Source of the DNA: Rhynchobatus australiae
Lineage: Eukaryota
Assembly: GCA_034780895.1 (NCBI GenBank)
Contig: JAUZTB010000074.1
Location: 18,778,876-18,842,875 of the forward strand
Length of the DNA stretch: 64,000 bases
Reading direction: 5' to 3'
Shown here piece by piece: positions 25,301 through 37,849 of the stretch; the first letter of the stretch is position 1; every line of letters starts with the position of its first letter. The translations under genes were made by a program, and so were the position numbers. A model generated the notes under the pieces. That model was not told where the DNA came from. It was given only the letters and a program-made list of their open reading frames with translations, and did not search any database.

Positions 25301-28200
25301 ACAATTAAATATCCCCACCTCCCCGCACTTCCTAGAGAAATATATTGTGCTCTAAACTGCCAAGTGGTTCAGTTAACAAAGAGTTCAAATCACCTTCCTC
25401 CTCCTGTCCCTTTGTGGCCTCTACAAAATAAAGTCCGCCCACATGGGAAGGACTGCTAAGTTGTAATTTCGTATCATTAAGAATGTGGCACCAGTGGGCC
25501 TGCTGTGTGCGATCACACTGCAGACGAGTGAGTGCTTTAGATCCCTTCGATGGAGAAGGGAGGCTGGGCTGTCAAACCAACTCTCCTGTGAAAGTGTTCC
25601 ACTGAGAGCACAGTCAGTAATAGAAAGAGCTTTGAATGTTAAAGTGGCAGCACATTCTGAAAGATTTGTGATTGTTATTATGTTCAACATTTACATCTGC
25701 ACAGGATTGTCAGCATTCGTTGAGTCTCTCTGCCTTCACGGATATTCAATTGGCTTTGTTATAAAAAAATGAGTTGGCTGTTTGAAAGAAGTTTGAGTAG
25801 AAAAAATGGTGTCCCCTTCACCCTAACTCGCTTCTTGCCGCAGAAGCTGCGCCTGGTAAACGGGTAGCAGCTTGTTAAACAGAAGGCTGAGGATTTTTTG
25901 TGTTTTATGCTACTGACATTCAATGCAGCATAAAATGTGAGAAGATAGCATGAGATAGAAAGCAGTGCTGGAGAGAAAGAACACCCGTGCACTTCCAGGG
26001 AATAATTAAGAAGAAGAAAAAAAAGAACCTAAACCAGTGACCCTTATCGGCAATGAAAAGCTGAAGATTATAAAGTGTTTCATGCTAATTTCCATGGAGA
26101 TTTCTTTAATTTATTGAAAATTACTTTCTTCTGCTTTGATTTGTCCAAATGGCTGCCCCTCGCAGGTTTGATCGGGGTGGTCTTGCCCGTCACACCACGC
26201 CAACTGCAATCCCACTCTGCCCCCTCACTGGGCCAAGGCGTCATGAGATTACTCAAGCAGCTCTGACATCTCTATCAGCTGCACCACCACTGTGGCCTTT
26301 CTTTCTTCTTTGGTGGAATAATACACGGACTTTTGTCACATGACACCTTCATCAGGGGAAAGGGGTGGTGTTCGGAATGGCGGTGTGTGGAGGGGGGTTG
26401 GGTGATGGCGAGTCTGAGCCTAAGCACTTCACCCTTCACTCTGATCCCTTCTGCCTGGTTCACACTGCTATCTGCTGCATCAAAGGAGATCTGAGGGTCA
26501 GCGAGCTACAGTCACCTAATATAAAGTCGTCAGCTTATGTTAAAACAGGTTGCCCATGAAAAATCAATTCTGTATTGATCTAGGTATCCATATCTTTGTT
26601 ATCCTATAAGACAGAATTGATAATTTTTCCATTAATGAACTGGACCAAAAAAAAAGGTTATTTGGGGACCTGTTTCATCTTTCTTCTCATAATATTGTCA
26701 ACTTTCACTGTATCACTGTTCTGCTGATAAATTCCTGGACATCCAGTGAATGAGCTATTAAAATATAGTGCACCTCCTCCTTAATGATATCAGCTTCAGT
26801 GATCTGCAGCTGAAGTTTATTGTTTAATTTTATTCTGCATTAAAGTAAATCTTATTCTGAGTAGATAGAGCTACTTGTCCTTCTTCTCTCTGTCAGTGTA
26901 TGGCAAGGTACTTATACAGTGTTGGAAAAAAATAATCACCAAATCAAAATAGAGTTTGTGAGCATTTTTTCACAGTGGTTTACAAATGTGTTAATCCAAC
27001 AACGTAATACTGGACAGTTCCAGCCACAGTGACTGGTTTTCTGATAATTTCNNNNNNNNNNNNNNNNNNNNNNNNNNNNNNNNNNNNNNNNNNNNNNNNN
27101 NNNNNNNNNNNNNNNNNNNNNNNNNNNNNNNNNNNNNNNNNNNNNNNNNNNTCTGATAATTTCATCAACTGTATTAGAAAATGCAATTTTGCTGCAAACA
27201 TTTGCACCATGGGTGTTTGGTCCTGCGTTGTAAAACCCCCTGCAGAATTCACACATAGCTCATTATTCAGTCGTACAAAGGGGAGTGACGTTTAAATTGG
27301 CACAATTGAAAGATTTTGTTTTAACCAGATAGTTGTGGGGGAGAATTTTCTCTTTAAGACTTAGACATAAGGTACTGTATGAATGGAACAGAGGCAAATT
27401 GGGCTGATGATGCAGCTGGCCTGATTTTTATCTATTCATTAAATGGACAGAAAATCAGGCAGGCAACATTACTGAACTGCGACCCTTACCTTCTGATTTT
27501 CCTCTATGCACACAACCCGTGCTATGCTTCAAATCTCTGTACAAAAGAGACCAATCTGCTCTTGTGTTTGTAACTATAAATGTACCAAACTAATTCTGTT
27601 CTGCTGTCATTGGGAGTGAAATAAAAAAAAATTCTGTGGCAGACACTGAATATGAGCATGCTAATGGAATGGGATGGGTCAGTGGGATCACTCCACTCAG
27701 CTCTGAATCAGCGTGCAGGGACACCTTTGATACGGGAGGGATGATTAAAGAAGGGTGCTCAAAAGCAAACATCACGTTATGTAGTTTCTGTTGGGAGCAG
27801 GTTAGGGAGCAGCCTGACTGTAGTGTGTCAAACCCAAGTGCGTAAATTACATGCGGCAAAATTCGATTAAAATAAAAGAAGTTGCAACTTTTTTTTTGAA
27901 AAAGTAATTAAACAAGAGGCATGGCTAGTTCAAGAGCAAATGGAGTCCAGGAGATAATTGGCTTTTGCTAACTAGTATTAAACAGGTGGAAGAGTATCGG
28001 TCACTAATTGTCATTGCCTGCATATCTGGTTTTATTGAATGTGTAGAGGTGAGCATGGCCAAGGGACATGTTCCATCCCTTTACCTGCAGCAACCTCAGG
28101 TGGATTCAGCCATCATTTAATTTAAAAGAAAGCTTGCTAAAATTATGTTCAGGTTGCAAAGACCAGTGTTGAAATTCTGATGTGTAGCTTAAAACACAGC
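19400..28200. promoter_or_regulatory. Repeat-free block; candidate cluster of conserved non-coding elements (enhancers)
   Basis: No recognisable SINE/LINE/PLE copies over about 9 kb while the flanks carry one every 1-2 kb; dense homeodomain/TALE/TCF motifs; no credible ORF. Conservation not tested. Confidence 0.5.
22390..22700. promoter_or_regulatory. Candidate PBX-HOX/MEIS/TCF enhancer module
   Basis: CATCAAAG 22452-22459 (TCF/LEF), TTTACGA 22507-22513 (posterior HOX), TGATTGAT/TGATAAAT 22564-22575 (PBX-HOX) directly followed by TGACAG 22576-22581 (MEIS); second TGACAG at 22623. Confidence 0.45.
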
Positions 28201-28235
28201 ATGGTGGTTAACCTATGTAATGTGGAATTTCCAGG

Positions 28236-28239
<4 letters not shown>

Positions 28240-28288
<49 letters not shown>

Positions 28289-28396
28289 NNNNNNNNNNNN
28301 NNNNNNNNNNNNNNNNNNNNNNNNNNNNNNNNNNNNNNNNNNNNNNNNNNNNNNNNNNNNNNNNNNNNNNNNNNNNNNNNNNNNNNNNTGTAGTCT

Positions 28397-28462
<66 letters not shown>
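28240..28462. repeat. (TG)n microsatellite spanning a 100-N gap
   Basis: Pure GT/TG runs at 28240-28288 and 28399-28462 on either side of the gap at 28289-28388. Confidence 0.97.
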
Positions 28463-28465
<3 letters not shown>

Positions 28466-29949
28466 ATGCTATTAATCAGATCTGACCTTGTTCGGTACCA
28501 CATGGGCTTACCCAGCCCCAATCATCAGACTACCCAGGTGGCACTGCAGTTGTTGTATAACATCACAATTTCTTAAGAGCCATGGCAGCAATAACAAGAA
28601 AGTCAGAATGTAGTAAAAATTGGATCTACTTGGAAAAGTATCAGTGCCTATCTTGGTTTTATTTCTCCATATATTTAATTGAATTTTACCCAGGTTTTGA
28701 GGCTGATTTAAGCAAGTGCTGGATGTATTTTTAAAACAGGGACAATGGATTCATCAAGTATTTTTTAACTGCACATTATATAAATATTTGTTTAGTATGT
28801 GTGATTATGAAATTATTTTTGACATTGGATATATGACATATGATATAAATCTGGTCAAATTCTGCTTTAAAGAATTATGGTTGAGCACAAAAACGATTAT
28901 CATAAAAGTATTTATGACAGCTTCACAGCCCTTTAAAGCAAAACTAATGTTTACAAAGAAACTGTTTCTAACACTCAAATGTGTGTTCATAAATATGGTA
29001 ATTTGTATAAAATAAAAAAGTCAAAATTTTAAAGGTGTTACAGGCAAAATGGATTTATTAGGAATTTTACAATAATGTTTCCACAGCAATGCATTCTGTA
29101 ATATTATCAGCATCAATATAGTAGTTGTCTTAAAACGTCTTATTTTCAGTGTATTATATGTTACTCTTGTTATTCATCCTGCATAAATGATAAATCATGC
29201 AACTTCTTATGTATGGATTGTACTGCAGCCTTTCACATGAATTATTGCTCACAGAATGTTTAAATAAAGTGAGGGGGTATTGCCACTAAACCTGTGTGGG
29301 CCACTGTGGACAAATATTACACTTCTGTTTTATTGCAAAACACCTACTATTTTTTTCCCAGAGAAAAACTTAATCCTGTAGGACCAAACTGAACCTACAC
29401 TCGGATGTAATTAGAATGCAATATTAATTTAATTGTATTTTGATGTCAGTAAACATCAGATAATCAAATAATGTCTTATGTTAACCATTTGTGGACTTTG
29501 ATCAAATTATTGCATCAAAGACAATGAAGAATAACAGAAATAAAATTACCTTATTTTACCTGTGTTATTAATCGATAATATTTTTATGTTTGAAGTTCAT
29601 TAAACATTTTAAAGCAATTGTAGTGAGTGAAAGACCTAATATGAAGGTGAAGATTATATTTAAATGTTTGGCATATCATTGAAAAATGATTTAATAAACT
29701 CCAAGCAAAGCTACAACATCTTATTATGGTAAAGATATAATTAATTTCTAACTAGTTACAGAACATTTACAAAAACTATTTGGCTGTNNNNNNNNNNNNN
29801 NNNNNNNNNNNNNNNNNNNNNNNNNNNNNNNNNNNNNNNNNNNTCCTCTGGTCTATATTCTGAAAAGGGACACTAAGGTATATGGACACAATATGAACAA
29901 AGACAAAGAAGCATAATGGGTTTCCAATTGCCAATTTAAGTCATTTGGT

Positions 29950-30136
29950 CTCATTCTATCAGAGATATTTCCTTTGTTCTAGCCATATCTTCCTCACATT
30001 ATCTGCAAAAGAAACTTGTTTTCTCTCTTTCCCTGTCTGATGAAGGGTCCCTGACTTGAAACTTTAACTGGTTCTCTTCCCACAGATGCTGACTGACCTA
30101 TTGAGTGTTTCCAGCATTTACTGTTTTTATTTCAGA
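29950..30136 (+). mobile_element. Penelope-like terminal repeat with the best-preserved hammerhead core
   Basis: CTGATGA (30037-30043) A GGGTC CCT GACTT GAAAC (30058-30062) TTTAACTG, then ...CCACAGATGCTGACTGACCTATTGAGTGTTTCCAGCATTTACTGTTTTTATTTCAGA. Confidence 0.8.
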
Positions 30137-32399
30137 AATATGAAGTTAAACTCAAAGATCAGATCAGCCATGATCTCAGTGAATGGCAAAGAAGACTCAA
30201 AGGAGTTCATGCTTATTATCCCTCCAATATCTAAAGTGGTTAGATATTACAGGGATTGGCTTTAGTGGTTAAAATATCTGATGGTTTGGAGCAACACAAT
30301 GATTTCATTGTTCCATACAAAGAAAAATGTGCTCAATATGTTTTCCATTTTAAGTTAGCTGTCTGCAATTATCATTGACATTGTCAGAACCATTTGTTTT
30401 CATGGGTGGAATACCAGTAATCAGATTCCCAGGCACGATGAGGATCTTTAGCAATAAATTCCTGTACTATTGTCAGCCATCTAATTTCATATAGTGTGTA
30501 GCCTCAGCTCCAAATGCTTCTTTCAAAATGTGACATAAAAGTTTGAGTGCAATGTTTAAAACAGGTGCAAAAGCAAGTGTGATCACATGGAGATGGTGTC
30601 TATTATGTCAAGTATATAGAAGCTGCAATAATCTTTATTAATACATATGGTATGACAGAAAGATGTATATGTTTGAATTGAGATACCCTGTGTCTAATGC
30701 AATATTGCAAATAACATTATACAGAGTTAATTCCAGTTGAATGGAATATTGTTACTGATGGAATTTGAATTACACAAATAGTCAGTTCTGTTTTCTCCTC
30801 TTAGTCAAATAGTTGCATTCAGATAATTCTCTTCACCTGGAAGATCAAAGATAAATTAATTGTCCCTAAAAAGGGGGGCAAGATTTGCTTTGTGTAGTGA
30901 TTGCACTCCACAGCCAGTGTAAACTATGCTTTGATTGGCTGGACACCTTATTAGGAGTCCAATATTGAGAATGACTAGCATCTGTTAAAGCTAGCTTGTA
31001 GTGCCAATAATAATCCTGCATTCCTTAGAGGGTGCATATATTGTGATTGGAGTAGGTGCCAACTACCATTCCACATCTGAATTTTACTTGGGAAATGGTG
31101 AACAATGACACAACAGTACAAAAAGTTAGGTCCAAGGTTCTTAGATTCTCCAATGGAAGTATAGTGAAGAAGGTACACATAGGGAGGGTGTTTTGTATTT
31201 GTAGGGGGTCAGGAGGCTGCTCAGGCACATACACTGGATGCACTGGGAGCAAGCACTTCTGGAACCCAGAATACTTGAATGCCTTCCTGTGAGATGTTCC
31301 ATTATCTCATACAAGTCAGCAAAGGATTGTGAAAGTACCTTCAAATGCCATTCTTGCACCACCAACCACAGATGCTTCTCAATGCAATGTCTACCAACAA
31401 TCTCCATCTGTCAGGTGCCAGGCACATTCTCCAGCACAAGCTGACACCCTTACAACAGTGGCAAGCCCTACACCTCACTGTCTCTTGCTCACAAACACTG
31501 CTGGTTATTCAACTAAGGCAGCTGCATCTTCCAAATGATGCAGGACAAGATGATGTTCAACCAAACATTGCAGGTGCTAATTGAACAGGGACATGCATGC
31601 GATAGCTTCCATGCAGAAGGATCTGTTGCTTGCCATCACTGTGGAATAGAGATGGGACAGAAGCCAGCAAAGGTGACCATCCTTGCAGCTAACCCTCCTT
31701 CTAACACCCCAGTTCCTCCTTAACTAACACCTTCCTCTAATTGACTGAATGGAAATGACAAAAACATCCACTTCTTAATTTCCAGCTCCCCTACCCATGT
31801 CCCACCCCCCCTTTTTGCCATTTGCCGTTCTCTAGTTAGGTGTCCAAGATCTGCAAGCTGGCCAGGCAGTTTGTTTGGGGATTATAGACAGTGATGACAA
31901 AGATGCACAAACACATTTCAGGCTCCAGCCACCAGTTCATTTACTGACACCATCTAATTGCAGGGGAAAGATGGAAGGACTAGAGGTGGAATCTGCCTGT
32001 GATGAGACATGGATCATGTGTGATCTGTTGCCACAGGCGACATGCCCTTACTTTCATCAGTTGGAACATCTTGCTTCTGAAGTGATGTGCTTCTGCTGTG
32101 TGATTCCTGCAGCAAAGTTTCCAGCAGACTCACATTTTACCTTCAGTCACATTCACATGACCCAGTCTTGAAGCTGGAGATCTCTCCCGTTTTTCTTGCT
32201 GTTCATTTACCATGCTTCTGCTAATACCATTCTAGCTGAAATTCCTTTCATTTTTAACGGCCGTTCCCATAGTCACAGTTCTTCTGTACACCATTTGAGT
32301 ACAGTACTAATAAAGATCTTATCTTATCTTAATGCCTTCAATAACTTGGACTAGATCCGCTTATCAGTTAGTCTACAAATATCTTATCTTGTGCCATGT

Positions 32400-32975
32400 G
32401 ATCCAAGGATGTGCTGAAGTTGCAATGCCACAACAGATCTTTCAGAGCAACTACATCATCATTAATAGTCATCACTACCTCAAATGAAGGTGCACAATGG
32501 CCTACTGTTGAATGTAAGGATCATGATTATTGCTAGAACATTAGATGGTGACCTTTTTGATTCACTGCCCATGGACACCTGTTAGCTGTATGCTGCAGAA
32601 GCACATTTTATTAAAACTCTAGTGTGGCCTAGAGTTGATAGCAGCCAGTGGTGCTCTCTGGCATGGAAAAATCTGCCTGAATTGCAAGGCCATGTACTTA
32701 CCTTGATCAGATAGTTTCAGGCAAGTGAGAATTAGATGACTTTGGCTGTCTTTGAACAGAGAGCTTTAGTGACATAACAATGAAAAACAAGCTGTGATAT
32801 ATTGCAAATATCCATAGACCCAGATTGAAAGAAGCTTGCTATGTAAAAAAAAAGCTGTCATAGTCACCATGATAGCCACTGGCAATGCAATTCTTGCCCT
32901 GCTCTGACGTAGCAGTTGTGGCTGCAGCAAATGGAAAACATCAGGGTTGATGACCTCATTGAGTTGAGACATTAT
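32400..32975 (-). pseudogene. PIF/Harbinger transposase fossil
   Basis: ORF 32766-32972 VFHLLQPQLLRQSRARIALPVAIMVTM (cf. ICHLLQP.LQPQ.R.RTALPVAVKVT); downstream minus frames VNQKGHH and HDPYIQQ (cf. NRKG.HS, HDAFIL). Confidence 0.7.
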
Positions 32976-35399
32976 AAATGCTGTTCCTTGCTAAAGTTCA
33001 GGAAAAAGAATTGCTTCCCGAACACTTAAAATGACATAACCTTCTTCTTCCTCCCACTTCCAGCTCATCTTCATTCATCTCATCTACTGTACTCCAAAGA
33101 GAGTGCTGAATAATGTAACTGTGTTTGAGACTAATGCAAATGCCTCATAGTCAGCAAAACTCATAGGATCTAACCCTACTGTGACCCGGAAATACTCCTA
33201 CACTTATGGAACAACCAGTAGAAATAAATCAGCATCTAACCAGTATCATGTCTAAAGAGCATTGTTGATATGCTGGTTTAGAGCTTTCTGCTGTTGTTTG
33301 TTGATCAGTCGTATAATGCTGAGAAGGCATTGCTGAACTGAGCAGCTCCAAAATGACAACACTGGCATCAATCAGAGTTGTGTATTATGATCCATCTGTC
33401 CTGCATACCTTTGGCAGAATTTTAATGTACATACATTTGCTGTCTCTGGGTTGTGTCAGCTGTGGATTACCACATGAATATGCACATGTGCCAAGGTTGC
33501 CATTTTGGAGTTCTCAGGCTTCTTGTGACAGCTTCTCAAGCCCAGTTACTCACTAGCAATGTTTGAAATTGAAATGAGCTTGATCGCAGTATGACTCAAA
33601 CGGGATTTGGGATATGTTACTGTCAAACTATGTGGATTTCAAATCCACAGCAGAAGTTTGACAAATCTGCCTTTGGTAAATGTAATCCTTCAGTGGGATA
33701 TGAGACTAATGGAGATCTATTTATCTCTAATTGTGCAATAATCTTTGCCCATCCTTAGGTATAATGTACAAAAGCCAACTTTAACTATTTTTTGCTCTTC
33801 TTGTATTTTGCATTTATTTACAGGATGGGTCGTTGTACCCTATCAATGCAGTCCATAACATGAGTGATATTCTTCCACCAAACAGCAGTAAATTGTGGGA
33901 AGGAGTCACTGCACTTATACTTCAGGCAGGGATGCACTAAACACAATTGGCAGTTTCAGGATGGTCAAGTGTCTTCTAGATGCCAAGTTTCATTGGCACC
34001 AGTACGAATGCTGATCTTGCCAGAACCTATGAAGATGCACACACCNNNNNNNNNNTGTTTCAGATCTGTGATATTATGTTAGAACCAGATCCAGATGAGG
34101 TATAACTATACCTTAACATCATTGACATTACATAATATTGTTTTAATGTAATTTAATACTGTTTACTCTTTTTTAAACTGAATCTAAAGACAATCTGCAA
34201 AGTACTTTTTTCCACTTTGACAGTTAAAAGTTTTGGATTTTGTACTATTTTTTCTCTAAAAGGATAGTATTATCATTGGTCGCTATGAATGTTTCAGCTA
34301 CTTTGAATTTCAGATGGGTCGTAAATCCTTCTGTTTGCTCTTTTGGCATGAAATCTGTTTGCAAAATGGGTCAGTGATCAAGATTGGTTGCACTACCATT
34401 ACTACTACTGCCATGCCACAACCAAACCTACAAGTGCCACAAATATATTTTCACTTAATTTAAACATCCTCACAAATGTTAATAACAATTCATTCATATT
34501 AATAAGCTAAATAAAGCAGTCCCTTTGCCTACAAAGTGTGGAGCCTAAAAGCTTTGACACTCTGTACATGTAGGCTATAAGTAGCATAATAATAGTGGGG
34601 ATATATATTGAGATGTTTACCATAAGCTATTTCGAATTGATAAATATTTTAAGAGAAGACAGCAAGGTAATTGCAATAGTTCTGGACTGTTCTAATGAAG
34701 AACCAGCACAGATATGATGGATTTCTGCTATAAATTCATTTACTTGTTAGNNNNNNNNNNNNNNNNNNNNNNNNNNNNNNNNNNNNNNNNNNNNNNNNNN
34801 NNNNNNNNNNNNNNNNNNNNNNNNNNNNNNNNNNNNNNNNNNNNNNNNNNNNNNNNNNNNNNNNNNNNNNNNNNNNNNNNNNNNNNNNNNNNNNNNNNNN
34901 NNNNNNNNNNNNNNNNNNNNNNNNNNNNNNNNNNNNNNNNNNNNNNNNNNNNNNNNNNNNNNNNNNNNNNNNNNNNNNNNNNNNNNNNNNNNNNNNNNNN
35001 NNNNNNNNNNNNNNNNNNNNNNNNNNNNNNNNNNNNNNNNNNNNNNNNNNNNNNNNNNNNNNNNNNNNNNNNNNNNNNNNNNNNNNNNNNNNNNNNNNNN
35101 NNNNNNNNNNNNNNNNNNNNNNNNNNNNNNNNNNNNNNNNNNNNNNNNNNNNNNNNNNNNNNNNNNNNNNNNNNNNNNNNNNNNNNNNNNNNNNNNNNNN
35201 NNNNNNNNNNNNNNNNNNNNNNNNNNNNNNNNNNNNNNNNNNNNNNNNNNNNNNNNNNNNNNNCAACGTCCACAAATAAATTACAAGCTAATCTGCATTT
35301 ATCTTGCTGGTGGAGGAACAGGCACCACTGGGTCCCAGCTGGGTCCCAAAATCCTTGAAAAGGATTTTGACTTTCAGTATTCCCTCAGTGCTAAACAGA

Positions 35400-35796
35400 A
35401 ATGTCGTAGAGGCCAGCATTTAGTGTCCATTCCTAATAGTACTTGAGAAGGTGGTGCAGTGAATCCTTCTTGAACTGCTGCTGGTATATTATTGTGCTTT
35501 AATTTCAGTGAATGACTTTCTAGGTCATTGCAGAGAGCAGTTAAGAATTGAGCACTACTGTGTGTTGGGAATCACATGTAGGTCAGGCAGGTAAGGGTGG
35601 AAGAGTTCCTTCCTTGAAGGAAATTAACAGGACAAATGGATTTTTACAACAACTTCGAAGTTTGTGTTCTCCGTTAATTATACAAGATTCTTTTGAACAT
35701 ACCAGTTTATTTAGTTAATTGAGTTTAAACGCCCCATCTACCATGGTGGAATTCAAAGGTATGTCACCAAATCATTAGTTCAGAACACTGGATAAT
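35400..35796 (-). mobile_element. Elasmobranch SINE with LINE-derived 3' tail
   Basis: Revcomp tail GCAGCAGTTCAAGAAGG...CACCACCTTCTCAAG..ATTAGGAATGGACACTAAATGCTGGCC resembles the LINE tails at 19250-19350 and 49720-49822; body similar to 38130-38250 and 43900-44005. Confidence 0.65.
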
Positions 35797-36900
35797 GAGA
35801 GTCATGGGGTCATTGAGTTATACAGCATGGACAGACCCTTTGGCCCAAGTTATCCACTTTGAACAAGTTGCCTACCTGAGTTAGTCCTATTTGGCCCTTA
35901 TCCCTCTAAACTTTTCCTATCTATGTACCTGTCTAAATGTCTATTGTGGCGACTTGCCTTTCACAAACCAGCTCCACGATCGCGAGCGTCGTCAGAGGCC
36001 CCTACACAAGATGGCGCAGGGCACTCCTTCTTTGTTGGGCTAGTGGAGCCCGCTCGCAGGAAGGTCACATGACCTGCGCGTGACATCAGCGCGGGAACTG
36101 CGTTTATTAAAGGGGCAGCGCACCCCAGTCGTTCATTTGACTCTTGGACTCCAAATAAGTATCTCATGTCTTTATTCAGTGTAGCTAGCCGCTACACTAT
36201 TAAATGTTGTAATTGTGCCTGCCTCAACCACATCCTCTGTCAGCTCATTCCATATATACACCACCCTCTGTGCGCAATAGTTGTCCCTAAAGGTCCCCTT
36301 TAACTCCTTCTTCTATCATCTTGAACCTATGGTCTATAGTTTTACACTCCACTATCCTGGGAAAAAAAGATTGTGACCACTCACTTTATCTATGTCCCTC
36401 ATGATTTTATATACCTCTATAAGTTCATCCCTCAGCATCCTGTGCTCCAGACAAAAAAGCCCCAGCCTATCCAATATCTGCTCATAACTCAAACCCTCCA
36501 GTCCCAATATCATCCTTGTGAATCTTTGCTACACCCTTTACAGCTTAATGATATCCTTCCCACAGCTGGATGACCAGAAATTCACACAATACACCAATGA
36601 TTTGTACAGCTGTAACATGATGTGCCATGTAACAAGTGTGTCAAATGCCTTCTTCACCACCCTGTCTACCTNNNNNNNNNNNNNNNNNNNNNNNNNNNNN
36701 NNNNNNNNNNNNNNNNNNNNNNNNNNNNNNNNNNNNNNNNNNNNNNNNNNNNNNNNNNNNNNNNNNNNNNNNNNNNNNNNNNNNNNNNNNNNNNNNNNNN
36801 NNNNNNNNNNNNNNNNNNNNNNNNNAAAATTCCATGGCCACTTTCCAAGTTGATCTCAATCCTGTTGTAATCTTAGATAAGTTGTGTATCAGCCATTCTA
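35797..36900 (-). mobile_element. CR1 (HER1-like) LINE 3' portion, host of the solo LTR
   Basis: Closely parallels 17701-18846 (TATACAGCATGG...CCCTT.GGCCCAA...GTTGCCTACCTGAG.TAGTCCTAT; GTCTAAATGTC..TTAAA..TTGTAATTGT; GACCAGAA.T.CACACAATAC). Confidence 0.85.
35945..36196. mobile_element. Solo LTR (Ty3/Gypsy-type), 252 bp
   Basis: Starts TGTGGCGAC and ends GCCGCTACA (imperfect inverted TG...CA termini); CTAT 4 bp TSD at 35941-35944 and 36197-36200; removing it restores the CR1 sequence; CpG-rich. Confidence 0.9.
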
Positions 36901-37849
36901 CTACATTTCCCAAAGCTGCAGCTCCATCTTGAAATTTTATTACATGAGGAATGTATCCTGTCACAACAACTCCTTTAATTCTTTCCTCTGTCGGGTTCTA
37001 GAACTCTATCCCGCACAGCTAATTACTTACCAGTGCATTGTAATTGCCATGGAATCCAATGACTTTCCACTAGGTACTTCCCATCCCTCTTATCAATAGT
37101 CTCCAAACTGTATGATGACAGGAACAATCAGCTGAACGCATATCAGAGAGTACTGACAAATCACATGCAAGAACTGAGTCTTTAATTGAGGTTGGCCAAT
37201 CCAGTTAAAGCACAACGCTGATAGTTTTAAATGAGAAAAAAATAAGAGACTTGAATGATGCATATATACTAACATGGATATTTAAGGTCAAATGCCCTCT
37301 TCCTGTTCTGTTTATCTTATGTGATCTAAAATTAATAGATCCTTGCCATGTCCTGTTGCAGCTCTTCCTCCTTTTTTAATCTCTGAGTGTAGAAATTTAG
37401 AGGTGGTTGGTCAAGTCTGAGGGGAAGTTAAATCCAAATGAAAAGGCTCGTTGCCCAGCTGCCAGCTTCATTGATCACCATGAATGATCACAGGTAGCTT
37501 GCACTCAGTTAAGCATGTCTGACTTCAATCTGGAAGTTGCCACCGAGAAGCTGGAAGACTCCCAACCAATCTGTTCATGCCCATTAAATCCTTCTCCCAA
37601 TTCATTGCAAATTTGCCCATTGTGATTACACAATCATTGTATGTGCTATATCAGCTTAAGTACAGTGAGTAATGGCTCATTGATGTAATTCCCAAAATAG
37701 ATGACTAACATGGTAGGCCAAAGTTTAAGTTTGTCTTTTATTTGTTCAAAGCCAACATTTGTCTTATAATGAGATGCGAGGCCATATGGGCAATTATGTC
37801 CATGCTAGCTCCAAGGAGAGGAATCCCATAAGTCTTGTTTCCTCCTTCC

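Noticed and set aside
26215-26235. CTCF-like motifs (revcomp CAGTGAGGGGGCAG; also GGTAGATGGCACTG near 22650)
   Set aside because: Only the 3' half matches; the 5' CCAS/CCAC core is missing
28180-28521. CVCVCV / HTHTHT ORFs
   Set aside because: Translations of the TG microsatellite
33790-33940. Strong polypyrimidine-CAG acceptor followed by an open frame (DGSLYPINAVHNMSDILPPNSSKLWEG...)
   Set aside because: No good donor site, a stop at 33938 and no recognisable protein; needs RNA-seq support
34714-35358. Long ORFs in the track (also 2322-2837, 50274-50981 and others)
   Set aside because: They are long only because they read through N runs
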